The translations under genes and the position numbers were made by a program. Positions 8,593 through 17,967 of a DNA stretch of 32,000 nt are shown piece by piece. Origin of the DNA: Mycolicibacterium vaccae NBRC 14118 = CIP 105934. GTDB taxonomy: Bacteria; Actinomycetota; Actinomycetes; Mycobacteriales; Mycobacteriaceae. Below the pieces are notes generated by a model, which was not told where the DNA came from, made no database searches, and saw nothing but the letters and a program-made list of their open reading frames with translations. Within the stretch, counting starts at the first letter, position 1, and the number at the start of each line of letters is the position of its first letter. The stretch is taken from contig NZ_BCRS01000002.1 in assembly GCF_001552715.1 (NCBI RefSeq), positions 67,099 to 99,098 of the forward strand, written 5' to 3'.

Positions 8593-9894
8593 ATGACCGA
8601 ACAGCTCGACGCCACCCATCCGGACCTCGTCACCGTCACGGTGCCGACGCACTGGTACAACCTGGCGGCCGAGCTCTCCGAGCCCATCCCGCCTCATCTG
8701 CATCCCGGCACCAAGGAACCGGTCGGCCCGGATGACCTCGCGCCGCTGTTCGCCAGCGGATTGATCGCGCAGGAGGTGGCCACCGAGACCTACATCGAGA
8801 TCCCGCAGGAGGTGCGGGAGATCTACGCGATGTGGCGCCCGTCTCCGCTGATCCGCGCTCGCCGCTTCGAGAAGGCGCTGAACACCGGAGCGCACATCTA
8901 CGTCAAGTACGAGGGTGTCAGCCCGGTCGGCAGCCACAAGACCAACTCGGCGGTGGCCCAGGCCTACTACAACTCCATCGACGGTGTGCGGAAGCTGACC
9001 ACCGAGACCGGCGCCGGCCAGTGGGGCAGCGCACTGTCGTTCGCCGGGGCTCAGTTCGGCCTGGAGATCGAGGTGTGGCAGGTCCGCGCGTCGTACGAGT
9101 CCAAGCCGTATCGCGGGCATCTGATGCGGACCTACGGCGGCACGGTGCACTCGAGCCCGTCGACGCTCACCGAGTCGGGCCGCGCGATCCTGGCCAAGGA
9201 TCCGGACACCACCGGCAGCCTCGGTATGGCGGTCAGCGAGGCTGTCGAGGTCGCCGCGGCGGACCCGGAGGCGCGCTACGCGCTGGGCAGCGTGCTCAAC
9301 CACGTGGTGCTGCATCAGACCGTCATCGGCCAGGAGGCCGTCGCGCAGTTGGCGCTGGTGGAAGCCGACGGTGCCGACGTCGTATTCGGTTGCGCCGGAG
9401 GCGGTTCCAACCTGGCCGGGCTGTCGTTCCCGTTCCTGCGAGAGAAGATCCACGGCCGGTCGAACCCGCGGATCGTGGCCGCCGAACCGGCCGCGTGCCC
9501 GTCGATCACCCAGGGTGAGTACCGCTACGACCACGGCGATGTGGCCGGGCTGACCCCGCTGCTGAAGATGCACACGCTCGGCATGGATTTCGTGCCGGAC
9601 CCGATCCACGCCGGCGGCCTGCGCTACCACGGCATGGCGCCGGCGCTCAGCCACACCGTCGAACTCGGACTGGTGGAGGGCGTGGCGATCTCGCAGCACG
9701 ACGCATTCGCTGCTGGTGTGCAGTTCGCGCGCACGCAGGGCATCGTGCCGGCGCCGGAGGCGACGCATGCCATCGCGGCCGCGGCCAAGCATGTCGCGGA
9801 CGATCCGCGGGAGCAGGTGGTGGTCATCGGGCTGTCCGGACACGGCCAGCTGGATCTGCCGGCCTACGCGGAGTACCTCGACGGCAAGTTCTGA
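8593..9894 (+). CDS. TrpB-like pyridoxal-phosphate-dependent enzyme (TrpB2-type tryptophan synthase beta paralogue)
   Basis: 433 aa. Motifs include WYNLAAEL...PPHLHPGT, YVKYEGVSPVGSHKTNSAVAQAYY (PLP lysine in SHK), GAGQWGSAL and GCAGGGSN. Length and N-terminal extension fit the long TrpB2 group. Confidence 0.85.
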   Translation: MTEQLDATHPDLVTVTVPTHWYNLAAELSEPIPPHLHPGTKEPVGPDDLAPLFASGLIAQEVATETYIEIPQEVREIYAMWRPSPLIRARRFEKALNTGAHIYVKYEGVSPVGSHKTNSAVAQAYYNSIDGVRKLTTETGAGQWGSALSFAGAQFGLEIEVWQVRASYESKPYRGHLMRTYGGTVHSSPSTLTESGRAILAKDPDTTGSLGMAVSEAVEVAAADPEARYALGSVLNHVVLHQTVIGQEAVAQLALVEADGADVVFGCAGGGSNLAGLSFPFLREKIHGRSNPRIVAAEPAACPSITQGEYRYDHGDVAGLTPLLKMHTLGMDFVPDPIHAGGLRYHGMAPALSHTVELGLVEGVAISQHDAFAAGVQFARTQGIVPAPEATHAIAAAAKHVADDPREQVVVIGLSGHGQLDLPAYAEYLDGKF

Positions 9895-9954
9895 CCAGGC
9901 GGTTTGTGGCCGCGACTATCCTCGACACCAGGCAGTTTTCTCGAAGAGGTGAGT

Positions 9955-10506
9955 GTGGTGTTCCGTCTGCGGCAGCGCGACCGATCGCTCGAGGCGGCCC
10001 TCAGGCAGATCGAACACCGGGTGCTCGAGGACGTTCATCTGCCCGTATGGGCGCGTCGCGTGGCGTGGGTAGCCGTCCTGGTGTTGGTTGCGTGTGGGAT
10101 CACGACATGGGTGGTCGGCCACGACGTCGGGACGGTCCCGCTGGCCGCGTCCGTGCTGGCCGCCGGCGGCGCGATGTGTTCGGTCGTCACGCTGCGGCGT
10201 CGCCGGTTCCGGTGGTGCGCTGCGGCGGCCTACCTGTCGGGGTTGTCGACGGTCGCCGGGGTCGGCGCGTATTGGTGGTGCCAGACCAGCTCGGCGGGTC
10301 CGATCCTGGCGATTTCGTCCGGCGTGTCCGCGGTGGCCGCTGCGACGCTGACCGCGGTGTGGGTCGCGGTGGCGATCACCCCGGTCGAGGATTCACACCC
10401 GGACATGCGGCAGCCCTCGAAGCGTAAGTGGGGCGTCCGCGAGAGCGGCGACACGATCATCTGGCCGCCGCCGTGCGCGGGGCCGCGCCGTCCTGATCGG
10501 AAATAG
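9955..10506 (+). CDS. Hypothetical membrane protein (about 4 TM segments)
   Basis: Third codon positions are mostly G/C on reading the frame. Hydrophobic segments are VAWVAVLVLVACGITTWVV, LAASVLAAGGAMCSVVTL, AAAAYLSGLSTVAGVGAYWW and ILAISSGVSAVAAATLTAVWVAVAI. No recognisable family. The start is ambiguous among GTG 9949, 9955 and 9958. Confidence 0.45.
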   Translation: MVFRLRQRDRSLEAALRQIEHRVLEDVHLPVWARRVAWVAVLVLVACGITTWVVGHDVGTVPLAASVLAAGGAMCSVVTLRRRRFRWCAAAAYLSGLSTVAGVGAYWWCQTSSAGPILAISSGVSAVAAATLTAVWVAVAITPVEDSHPDMRQPSKRKWGVRESGDTIIWPPPCAGPRRPDRK

Positions 10507-11413
10507 CTTGCAGGGCTTGACGACACGTGACCGGAAAAGAGAGCGACGTCAAGTCTCGTGTTCGCCGAACAGATACGAACCAGGTGGAACCTTAGGGAGC
10601 CTGCTGGATGCTGACGAAAGTCAATGTGGTGCTGCGCAATTGGGTTCCGGCCATGCGCCCCCAATTCGTCACAGTGACGCTATTCGAGCGTGAAACGGGG
10701 AAGGGTGGCATAGTCCCGGGGGACTCCCGCAGCACGCGGAAACATCATCGATCAACACGTGTGGCGAAACAACCCGACGACCGGAGGGAATTCAGATCGC
10801 GGCCGCGAGTGAGTGATTGCACGGCCGGACATCAACGGGACGTTCAAGTTCCGACACCCGCAAAGCTACGGATGCGTTTGCAGGACAGCGCAATTAGGTC
10901 CAGCGGCGCAGACTCAATTTGTCACTGTGACGTATTGAATCGACCGAACGGCTCCGGTGACGGCCGGGACCGAGGGCGCTAACCACTGGCAATCCCGTCA
11001 GACAAGCCTCGCGGGCCGAGTCTGCGATGACCACCAGGCCGGCCTAGCCCGACCTCAGCCGATACAGACGATGGCCCGCCGCGGGCGACGATGATGGCGA
11101 CAGTTGGCGACGAGCAGCCGACCGACGGTACGGGGTAGTTCGGAGAGGGCTGGACAGAAACTGCAGCGGTGGACAGATCGCCCAGATCAGCGCAGACCTG
11201 CACAAACGACGCGCAAGGCCCACGTGGTCTGTTCTCGCAAGTCAGCATTGTGCCGATAAGCCACATTATGTCAACTAAAGCACTGCATACTGCATCAGAT
11301 GGATCATCCCTGAGCTCGTGCCGGCCACCACTCCCTCCCGTCGTTTCGGCCGCGTTGCAGGACTTCCTCACTGATCTCCCCGTCGGCCGGCGAGCCGGGG
11401 GCCTACGCCGTCC

Positions 11414-12424
11414 TCAGTCGAAGGTGATGACGATCTTGTCGGACGCGCCGGGCGTGGCGGCGCAGCGCAAAGCTTCATCGAGGTCGTCGAAGGCGAAGGT
11501 GTGGCTCACGATCACGGCGTATTTCTCCCAGTGCTCGATGATGTCCTTCGTGACTTCGAAGATCTCGTCCGGGTAGCCCATCGAGCCGACGATGGTGAGT
11601 TCATTGCTCATCACGTTCATGAGATCGACGGTCACCGGTTCCTTGTGCACACCGACGATCCCAAGGGTGGCTCCGCGCTGCGCCGCCGCCAATGCCGTCG
11701 TGACGACCTCGGACGCACCAGCGGCATCGAGGTAGATGTCCGTGCCGGACTTTCCCGGCCAGATCGACTCACCCGGGCCGTGCAGGTCGATCAACCGCGC
11801 GACGACGTCTTCGTCGGCCGAATTGATGACCGCATCCGCCCCGACCTTCATTGCCTTGTCCAGGCGAGTCTGCAGCAGGTCGATGACAACCACATGGCCG
11901 ACTCCAAGGGATTTCAGGGCTATCGTCGCGCCGAGTCCGATCGGCCCGGCGCCGAACACCGCCACGCGATCTGTGGGCTTGGGAGCCACCTGGTTCACCG
12001 CGTGCCGGGCCACGGCCATGGGTTCGTTGAGCGCAGCGACCTGGTAGGGAACGTAGTCGGGAATGACCTCGATGCTGTGGCCCCGCACGGCGTCCTTGAC
12101 CAACAGGTAGTCGGCGAGGCCACCGGCGGATCCCCCGTTTCCGATGATGTCGTCGGGTACGGCCATCGGATTGATGACGACGCGGTCGCCGACCGCGATA
12201 CCGGTCACGTTCTCACCGACGGCGGCGACCTCGCCGGCCGGTTCATGCCCGAGAGGCATGCTGCCCTGATGCGGTGGAAGACCCCCGATGGAGATGTAGA
12301 ACGTGTCCGACCCGCAGATTCCACACGCGCGGATGCGGACGAGGACCTCGTCGGGGCCTGCCTGCGGTGTGGGAACGTCGATGATCGCGGTCGTACCTGC
12401 ACCGGAGACTATGGCTGACCTCAT
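11414..12424 (-). CDS. Zinc-dependent medium-chain alcohol dehydrogenase (MDR family)
   Basis: 336 aa. Motifs are CGICGSD, ...GHEPAGEV (catalytic Zn ligands) and the GxGxxG fold VFGAGPIGLG. The ATG overlaps the P450 stop (ATGA at 12421..12424). Confidence 0.85.
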   Translation of the reverse strand: MRSAIVSGAGTTAIIDVPTPQAGPDEVLVRIRACGICGSDTFYISIGGLPPHQGSMPLGHEPAGEVAAVGENVTGIAVGDRVVINPMAVPDDIIGNGGSAGGLADYLLVKDAVRGHSIEVIPDYVPYQVAALNEPMAVARHAVNQVAPKPTDRVAVFGAGPIGLGATIALKSLGVGHVVVIDLLQTRLDKAMKVGADAVINSADEDVVARLIDLHGPGESIWPGKSGTDIYLDAAGASEVVTTALAAAQRGATLGIVGVHKEPVTVDLMNVMSNELTIVGSMGYPDEIFEVTKDIIEHWEKYAVIVSHTFAFDDLDEALRCAATPGASDKIVITFD

Positions 12425-13587
12425 GGCTGGGATGTCCTTTTCTCGTTGACGCGAAGGGGAATCGACTCGAACGCCCGCGCCCAGGTGGACACCATCCGCG
12501 TGGGCGCACCGATGAGTTCACACTCGGGGAAGCGCGTGAACCATTGCTCGAAGGCGAGCCGGGCTTCCAAGCGCGCGAGACCTGAGCCCATGCAGAAGTG
12601 CACACCGTGACCGAATGACGCGTGGCGCTGGGCACGTCGTGTCACGTCGAATCGCTCCGGATCCGGGAACTCGCGTTCGTCGTGATTGGCTGCGCCCCAT
12701 ACCAGCAGCACCCGTGAGCCGGCCGGGATGCGTACGCCGTGCAACTCGACGTCGCGGGTTGCGGTCCGGGGCAGGGCCTGGGTTGGAGCCTCGATACGGT
12801 TGATCTCCTCGACCGCGGACAACCACAGTGACGGGTCGTGGCGCAGCAGATCCAGCTGATCCGGGTTCTGTAGGAGAAGCACCGTGCCGGAACCGATCAG
12901 GCTGGCTGTGGTGTCGTTGCCGCCGAGTACCAGCAGCAAACAGAATCCGAGCAACTCCTCGTCACTGAGCCGCTCGCCGTCGATTTCCGCGTTGAGCAGT
13001 GCGGTCATCATGTCTTCACGCGGTTCACGACGGCGCTCTTCGAGAAGTTCGGCGAACGTCGTGTAGATGCTCACGGCGGCGTTGAGCGCATCCTCGTTGT
13101 TCTCCGTCAACCCGATGAACGCCTCGGTCCATGCGCGCATCGGGGCGAGATACTTTTCGTCGAGGCCGATCATCCCGCCGACCGCGACGCTCGGGATGAC
13201 CGCGGCGTATTCGTGCTGGAATTCGCACGTGCCTTTGGCTGCGATGGTGTCGATCAGTCGTTCTATCGACGCACTGAGATCGGCTTCCATCCCGGCGACC
13301 CGGCGCGGGGTGAACACGCGAGATACGAGCTTGCGCAGCGCGGTCTGCCTGGGCGGATCCATGAAGATGAGTTGCGGCAGCAGCTCGTTGGCTTCCGCAA
13401 CCTTGCTGGAGAAGGTCTCGTGGTCTGCTGCGGCAGCCCACACATCGTCGAACCGGGTCAGTGCGTAGAACCCTTGGTCGGGGTCGTGGTACACGGGATG
13501 CTCATCGCGCATCGTGCGGTAGATGTCCCAAAGGTCGGTCTGGAACTCCGGGGTCGACGTGTTGTACAGAACTTCTGTTTCAGTCAT
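12421..13587 (-). CDS. Cytochrome P450 monooxygenase
   Basis: The heme-thiolate loop is FGHGVHFCMGSGLA, the I-helix is LVLGGNDTTASL and the ExxR motif is EEINRIE. ATG 13587 (MTETEV...) is preferred over the TTG at 13596 used by the track. Confidence 0.9.
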   Translation of the reverse strand: MTETEVLYNTSTPEFQTDLWDIYRTMRDEHPVYHDPDQGFYALTRFDDVWAAAADHETFSSKVAEANELLPQLIFMDPPRQTALRKLVSRVFTPRRVAGMEADLSASIERLIDTIAAKGTCEFQHEYAAVIPSVAVGGMIGLDEKYLAPMRAWTEAFIGLTENNEDALNAAVSIYTTFAELLEERRREPREDMMTALLNAEIDGERLSDEELLGFCLLLVLGGNDTTASLIGSGTVLLLQNPDQLDLLRHDPSLWLSAVEEINRIEAPTQALPRTATRDVELHGVRIPAGSRVLLVWGAANHDEREFPDPERFDVTRRAQRHASFGHGVHFCMGSGLARLEARLAFEQWFTRFPECELIGAPTRMVSTWARAFESIPLRVNEKRTSQP

Positions 13588-13620
13588 ACCAATCAAACCT
13601 GTCTCATCGGGTTGTGCCGG

Positions 13621-14373
13621 TCACAGCACGCTGTAGGCGCCGTCGACGACAAATGCCGATCCTGTGCAGTACGAAGCACTTTCAGTGCACAAGTACACGA
13701 TCGGCGACGCGATCTCTTCGGGTCTTGCGAACCGACCGAGGGGAATGTGGTCGACCTGCCCCTGCTTGATTTCCGGCACGTAATCCATCGGCGCCGTCAT
13801 CCGGGTCGCGACGACTCCCGGTACGACGGTGTTGAGCCGGATGCCGTCGGCCGCCCACTTCACGGCGAGATTGCGGGTCAACGCCAGCACACCTGCCTTC
13901 GCGGACCCGTATCCGGGGACCACCGGTACCGACCGGATCGCCGCCATCGACGCGAGCATCACCACGCTGGCTCCCCCGGGCGCCGTCGATCGCTTCAGGG
14001 CGTCGTGTAACCGCTCGGTCAACTTGAACGGCGCCAACAGGTTCACCTCCACCGACAGAGTGAAGCCTTCGGGGGTGGACTCGTCGAGCCCACCGGGAAA
14101 GTTGGCCCCCGCGTTGTTGATCAGGATGTCCAGCTCGGTAAACGACGCGGCGAGGGCGGCGATGCCGGCGTCATCGGTCAGCGACAGCTGCCGGTAGTCC
14201 AGGCCCGAGAGGTCGACGTCGTCGTAGTCGTCGGGCCCCTGCCGGGTGCCGGTGATGGTCACCGTCGCTCCGCTGTCACGCAGCAGCGACGCTGTCGCGT
14301 GACCGATCCCGCTGGTTCCGCCCGTCACCAGCGCGGTGGTGCCGGTGAAGTCGAACTGAACACGATTCGTCAT
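13621..14373 (-). CDS. Classical short-chain dehydrogenase/reductase
   Basis: The track ORF 13621..14697 was trimmed to ATG 14373 (MTNRVQFDFTG...). Motifs are TALVTGGTSGIG, NNAG and S...YGSAKAG. The ATG overlaps the stop of the upstream MBL gene (ATGA). Confidence 0.9.
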   Translation of the reverse strand: MTNRVQFDFTGTTALVTGGTSGIGHATASLLRDSGATVTITGTRQGPDDYDDVDLSGLDYRQLSLTDDAGIAALAASFTELDILINNAGANFPGGLDESTPEGFTLSVEVNLLAPFKLTERLHDALKRSTAPGGASVVMLASMAAIRSVPVVPGYGSAKAGVLALTRNLAVKWAADGIRLNTVVPGVVATRMTAPMDYVPEIKQGQVDHIPLGRFARPEEIASPIVYLCTESASYCTGSAFVVDGAYSVL

Positions 14374-15614
14374 GCGAGCTCCTCGATCTTCTTGTGCAGC
14401 CATGCCGACTCCCAGAAGTTGGTGCTGCCTCCCAGCAGCCGCTTGTGTGCAGCGACCAGAAGCTGCCGCGCATCCTGGTCGTCCGGGTAGTTGCGGTTGA
14501 CGATCTCGGCCAAGTGGATGGCCTGAACGGGTTCGTCCGCCTCCAGGAGGGCTGCCGCCCGACCCAGAACAGCTTCTGTCCCGGCAAGTTCCAACAGCGC
14601 GTGCTCTGCGGAGTCCGGGCCCTCGGCGTAGAGCTCGGTCGTAGAGCGGTGGTGGAACCAGCCTGCGTAGTTCTCCCAAATCGCTCGCACGTTCCACCGC
14701 ACCATCCCGTAGCCTTCACCGACCTGCAGCGCGGGCGGCAACACCACCTCACGCATCAGCGTGTGTACATCCTTGCCTGCGTTCATCCCCGCCACAGTCT
14801 GGTCGTGGATGGACAGCACGGCGTCACGAAGGCGAGTCAACTCCCAGTGGATCCGTTCCTTGCCGACGATCGGGCCGAAATGGCCGGTGAGAAGCGTCTC
14901 CGCTCCCAGCGCCCGCACCCTGTCGATGGACTCGACGACGGTGAGCGCATCGCGGTACCGGTCGCCGCGGATCGTCACCAGGTTCGGGATGTGCCCGAAT
15001 AGCGCCCCGAACACGTTGCCGCATAGGCAGACACCCTCGTCGGGCAGCCACACGACGAGGCTGTCGGTGGTTTCGCCGCCTGGTGTCGCATAGAGCTGCA
15101 GGTGCCGCCCGCCCAGTTCGATGAGGAATTCGTCGTCGAACACGATGGTCGGGGTGGGGGCACTCTGTGGCGGCGGCGTACCGAATCGAGCCGTGGCGTG
15201 GTTGATCGTGTCCATCACCTTGTCCACCCAGGCGAAGGCAGAATTCTGCGCGCGGAACGCGGCCAGAATCTCGTTGTCCCGTCGCCACATCTCCCAGTTC
15301 GACTGGGCGACAATGTCACTGTCCGGGTCGGCGACAGTGCCGACACCGCCCACGTGATCCACATGCCCCTGGGTGAGGATGACGTACCGGATCGGCGACG
15401 AATCGACGGCGTCGTAGTTGGCGCGGTGAACCGGCCCCTCGAAGCCCATCCCCGTGTTCACCACGATCCGGCCCTCGCCGGTCGTCAACAGGAAGGAGTT
15501 CGACAGGCCCGGTGACATCCAGATCCCCGGCGCGACCTCTTCGGCGGGCGCCCCGGCGCCGACGATGGCGTCGCCTCCCGGCCGGCTCAGATAAATGGGC
15601 TCGAATGTGCTCAT
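14370..15614 (-). CDS. MBL-fold hydrolase of the alkyl-sulfatase (type III sulfatase, SdsA1/Pisa1-like) family, without a C-terminal SCP2 domain
   Basis: 414 aa. The metallo-beta-lactamase motif reads ILTQGHVDHVGG, so Gln sits where the first His of HxHxDH is expected. Downstream, EGYGMVRWNVRAIWENYAGWF resembles the alkylsulfatase dimerisation-domain signature (GY..S.NV.AIY..Y.GW). The ATG overlaps the sulfotransferase stop (ATGA). Confidence 0.7.
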   Translation of the reverse strand: MSTFEPIYLSRPGGDAIVGAGAPAEEVAPGIWMSPGLSNSFLLTTGEGRIVVNTGMGFEGPVHRANYDAVDSSPIRYVILTQGHVDHVGGVGTVADPDSDIVAQSNWEMWRRDNEILAAFRAQNSAFAWVDKVMDTINHATARFGTPPPQSAPTPTIVFDDEFLIELGGRHLQLYATPGGETTDSLVVWLPDEGVCLCGNVFGALFGHIPNLVTIRGDRYRDALTVVESIDRVRALGAETLLTGHFGPIVGKERIHWELTRLRDAVLSIHDQTVAGMNAGKDVHTLMREVVLPPALQVGEGYGMVRWNVRAIWENYAGWFHHRSTTELYAEGPDSAEHALLELAGTEAVLGRAAALLEADEPVQAIHLAEIVNRNYPDDQDARQLLVAAHKRLLGGSTNFWESAWLHKKIEELA

Positions 15615-16873
15615 ACTTCGGCCCGCACATCGAACCGGTCGAAGTAGAAGGCGAACCTCGCCCGTATCTCTTCAGGGGTCCGCCCGAAATCCCGTGCGAG
15701 GTCGTAGCGCACCTGGCCGTGCTTGCCCCGGGGGTTGGCGTCGAGGTAGCTCTGGAAAGCCGCACTAGCCTCCGGCGTGAGTTCCGTTCCGTTGCACTCG
15801 TACAGCGTCTCCAGGATCGAAATCTCGTTGCCGTTGAGCTGATGGAACGGGATATCGACGCTGCGGTCCGCACCGATCAATTCGCGGTCGCGCACGCAGG
15901 CGCGCAGCAACCGTTCGATCCGGTCGATCCAGTACTCCACCAGTCCCTCGGGGTCGATCTCTTTGCGGCGCATCCGGTCCCCGTAGGCCAGCATGGTCAC
16001 GGCGGACTGGATGACGGCCACGGGGTCTCGGTGGGTGAACGCCACTGTGGCGTCCGGGAAGGTCTGCATCAGCGGTCCGAGTTGCTCGCAGTGTTGCGGC
16101 GATTTGAGGACCCACTGGCGTGGACCACGCAGGAAGGTCAGCGCCTGCAGAACAGTCCGCAGGTAGCCGTAATGTTCGCGCTGGTCGAGCCCGAGGTAGA
16201 AGTCTCGCCATTGCGGCACCCGGGCGTGCCACTCCAGGACATAGCTCGCGAAGTCGAGGTCGAGGAGCTCGACTTCCTCCTCGATGGCCTGCGGGAATCG
16301 GTCGTGCATCGCCTGCACCAGGGGCGTCATCATCTTGGCCGATTCGTGCTCTTCGACGCTGCGCGTGAATCTCGGGTCGACGCCGCCGACGTCGGGACCT
16401 TCACCCAGGTACGGAAAGGGTTCCTGGCTTTCCCAGTACGGCAGCGCGCGCCGACGGGTGTCGGCCGCTATGAGATTCACCAGATGCGTTGTACCCGAGC
16501 GGGGAAGACCGACGACGATGAACGGACTTTCGATCTCGATGGCGTGGATCTCCGGGTAGCGACGCAAGAGGTCGGCCAGCAGCAACCGCTGTGACAGCAG
16601 TCGGATGATCCGGTTACGGATGATCAGCCTGTTCAGGTTCGTGTTGCCCGAATCGGCGTCCACTGCCGCGGCGTATGCCTCCAGCCGGGGACGAAAGTCG
16701 CCCGGGCCGAAGTCGTCCATTCCAGTTCGCTCGATCGCCTCGTCGATCAGGGTGGCCGGATCGAGTTCGACCGATACCGCAGCCATGTGTTCGAGGACCT
16801 GCCGTTGGATCGGATCGAGCACCGGCGCTGTCAGATCGTCGATGTCCAGAACTGTTTGCGCCATCGCGGGCAT
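15611..16873 (-). CDS. Sulfotransferase family protein (PAPS-dependent type)
   Basis: 420 aa. The 5'-phosphosulfate loop is VVGLPRSGTTHLVNL and a 3'-phosphate motif is THRDPVAVIQS. An N-terminal helical region of about 110 aa precedes the catalytic core. Start is ATG 16873 or ATG 16864. Confidence 0.75.
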   Translation of the reverse strand: MPAMAQTVLDIDDLTAPVLDPIQRQVLEHMAAVSVELDPATLIDEAIERTGMDDFGPGDFRPRLEAYAAAVDADSGNTNLNRLIIRNRIIRLLSQRLLLADLLRRYPEIHAIEIESPFIVVGLPRSGTTHLVNLIAADTRRRALPYWESQEPFPYLGEGPDVGGVDPRFTRSVEEHESAKMMTPLVQAMHDRFPQAIEEEVELLDLDFASYVLEWHARVPQWRDFYLGLDQREHYGYLRTVLQALTFLRGPRQWVLKSPQHCEQLGPLMQTFPDATVAFTHRDPVAVIQSAVTMLAYGDRMRRKEIDPEGLVEYWIDRIERLLRACVRDRELIGADRSVDIPFHQLNGNEISILETLYECNGTELTPEASAAFQSYLDANPRGKHGQVRYDLARDFGRTPEEIRARFAFYFDRFDVRAEV

Positions 16874-16893
16874 CCTCTTCAGAATGGCAGTGT

Positions 16894-16919
16894 GTCGAAT
16901 ATTCGAGTTATGATTCGAC
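16894..16919. promoter_or_regulatory. Operator-like palindromes in the 49-bp divergent region between the sulfotransferase operon and its IclR gene
   Basis: GTCGAATATTCGAGTTATGATTCGAC contains the perfect 12-bp palindrome TCGAATATTCGA (16895..16906). A third half-site ATTCGAC (16913..16919) is inverted relative to GTCGAAT (16894..16900). TATGAT (16909..16914) is a possible -10 element placed to give a leaderless IclR mRNA at ATG 16923. Confidence 0.45.
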
Positions 16920-16922
16920 TAT

Positions 16923-17834
16923 ATGAACGCGAAGTTAGGCGAGGAAGACCCCGACGGTCAAGACCTTTCGCCCCCGACCCGACGTGTCGTCGCAGTCGTC
17001 GAGTTACTGGTCGATCGTGCCGGCACCCCGTTGACATTGGCTGAGATATGCCGTGAGCTGCGGATCAGCCGATCCACCGGGCACGCCATCTTGCACACAC
17101 TGCGCGTGTGCGAGTGGGTTCTGCGTGACCCACTCAGCGGGAAATACTCACCGGGCCCGGGCCTGCCTACCCCACCGTCGGCCGCGACACCGCTGTCACG
17201 CGTTCTCAGAGCGCCTCTGCACAAGCTGTGCACCGAGCTCGGCATGGCGGTCTGCATCTCGGAGGTGAGCGATGGTTCCATCACCGTCATCGACGCGGCG
17301 TCTCCCGGAGCCAATCCTCCCCCTGTTCGCGCCGGGGTGCGCCTGCCCTTCGTCGCACCGTTCGGCCGCGAGTTCGTCGCATGGGCACCCACAGCCGCGC
17401 ACGAGCGCTGGATGGACGCCGCCGGTGCGGCCAATGATGTCTACCGGGCGCGGATGCCAAAGGTGCTGACAGAGGTTCGGGAACGCGGATTCGGTATCGA
17501 ACGCCTCAGCGACCCCCTGCTGCGCGTGTACACCGCGCTGCTGGCCCTCGACAATGGAAACGGGCCGGATCCGGTCTCGGTTCGTCTGGCCGGTGCCGTC
17601 GCCGACCTGACAGTCGTCGACTTTCTACCCGACGAGTTGCCCGAGGTGGATGCCCATCCCCTCGCCACAATCTCGGCACCGATTTTCGATGAGCACGGCA
17701 CCGCCGTTATGTCGGTCTCCGCGCAGCCGTACCGTCAACTCACGCAGCAGCAGGTACGTGAAATCGGGGCACGGATCATCGACTTCGCCAGCGTGGCTGC
17801 GCCTCTCATGAGGCGCTCGGCGCCGTCGGCGTAG
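16923..17834 (+). CDS. IclR-family transcriptional regulator (divergent from the sulfotransferase operon)
   Basis: 303 aa. The N-terminal winged HTH is RRVVAVVELLVDRAGTPLTLAEICRELRISRSTGHAILHTLRVCEWV. The C-terminal domain has IclR-like length, with ...GFGIERL.... Confidence 0.7.
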   Translation: MNAKLGEEDPDGQDLSPPTRRVVAVVELLVDRAGTPLTLAEICRELRISRSTGHAILHTLRVCEWVLRDPLSGKYSPGPGLPTPPSAATPLSRVLRAPLHKLCTELGMAVCISEVSDGSITVIDAASPGANPPPVRAGVRLPFVAPFGREFVAWAPTAAHERWMDAAGAANDVYRARMPKVLTEVRERGFGIERLSDPLLRVYTALLALDNGNGPDPVSVRLAGAVADLTVVDFLPDELPEVDAHPLATISAPIFDEHGTAVMSVSAQPYRQLTQQQVREIGARIIDFASVAAPLMRRSAPSA

Positions 17835-17967
17835 CCATCGCGTCGATCGTCAGCAGGGCGCCGTACAGCACGGCGTCGGCGATCGAGCGCTTGCTCACGT
17901 TATGTGCCAGCCTCATACGCCGCACCTGACGGGAACCGCGCACGACACGTGGGCATCTCGTCAACGA

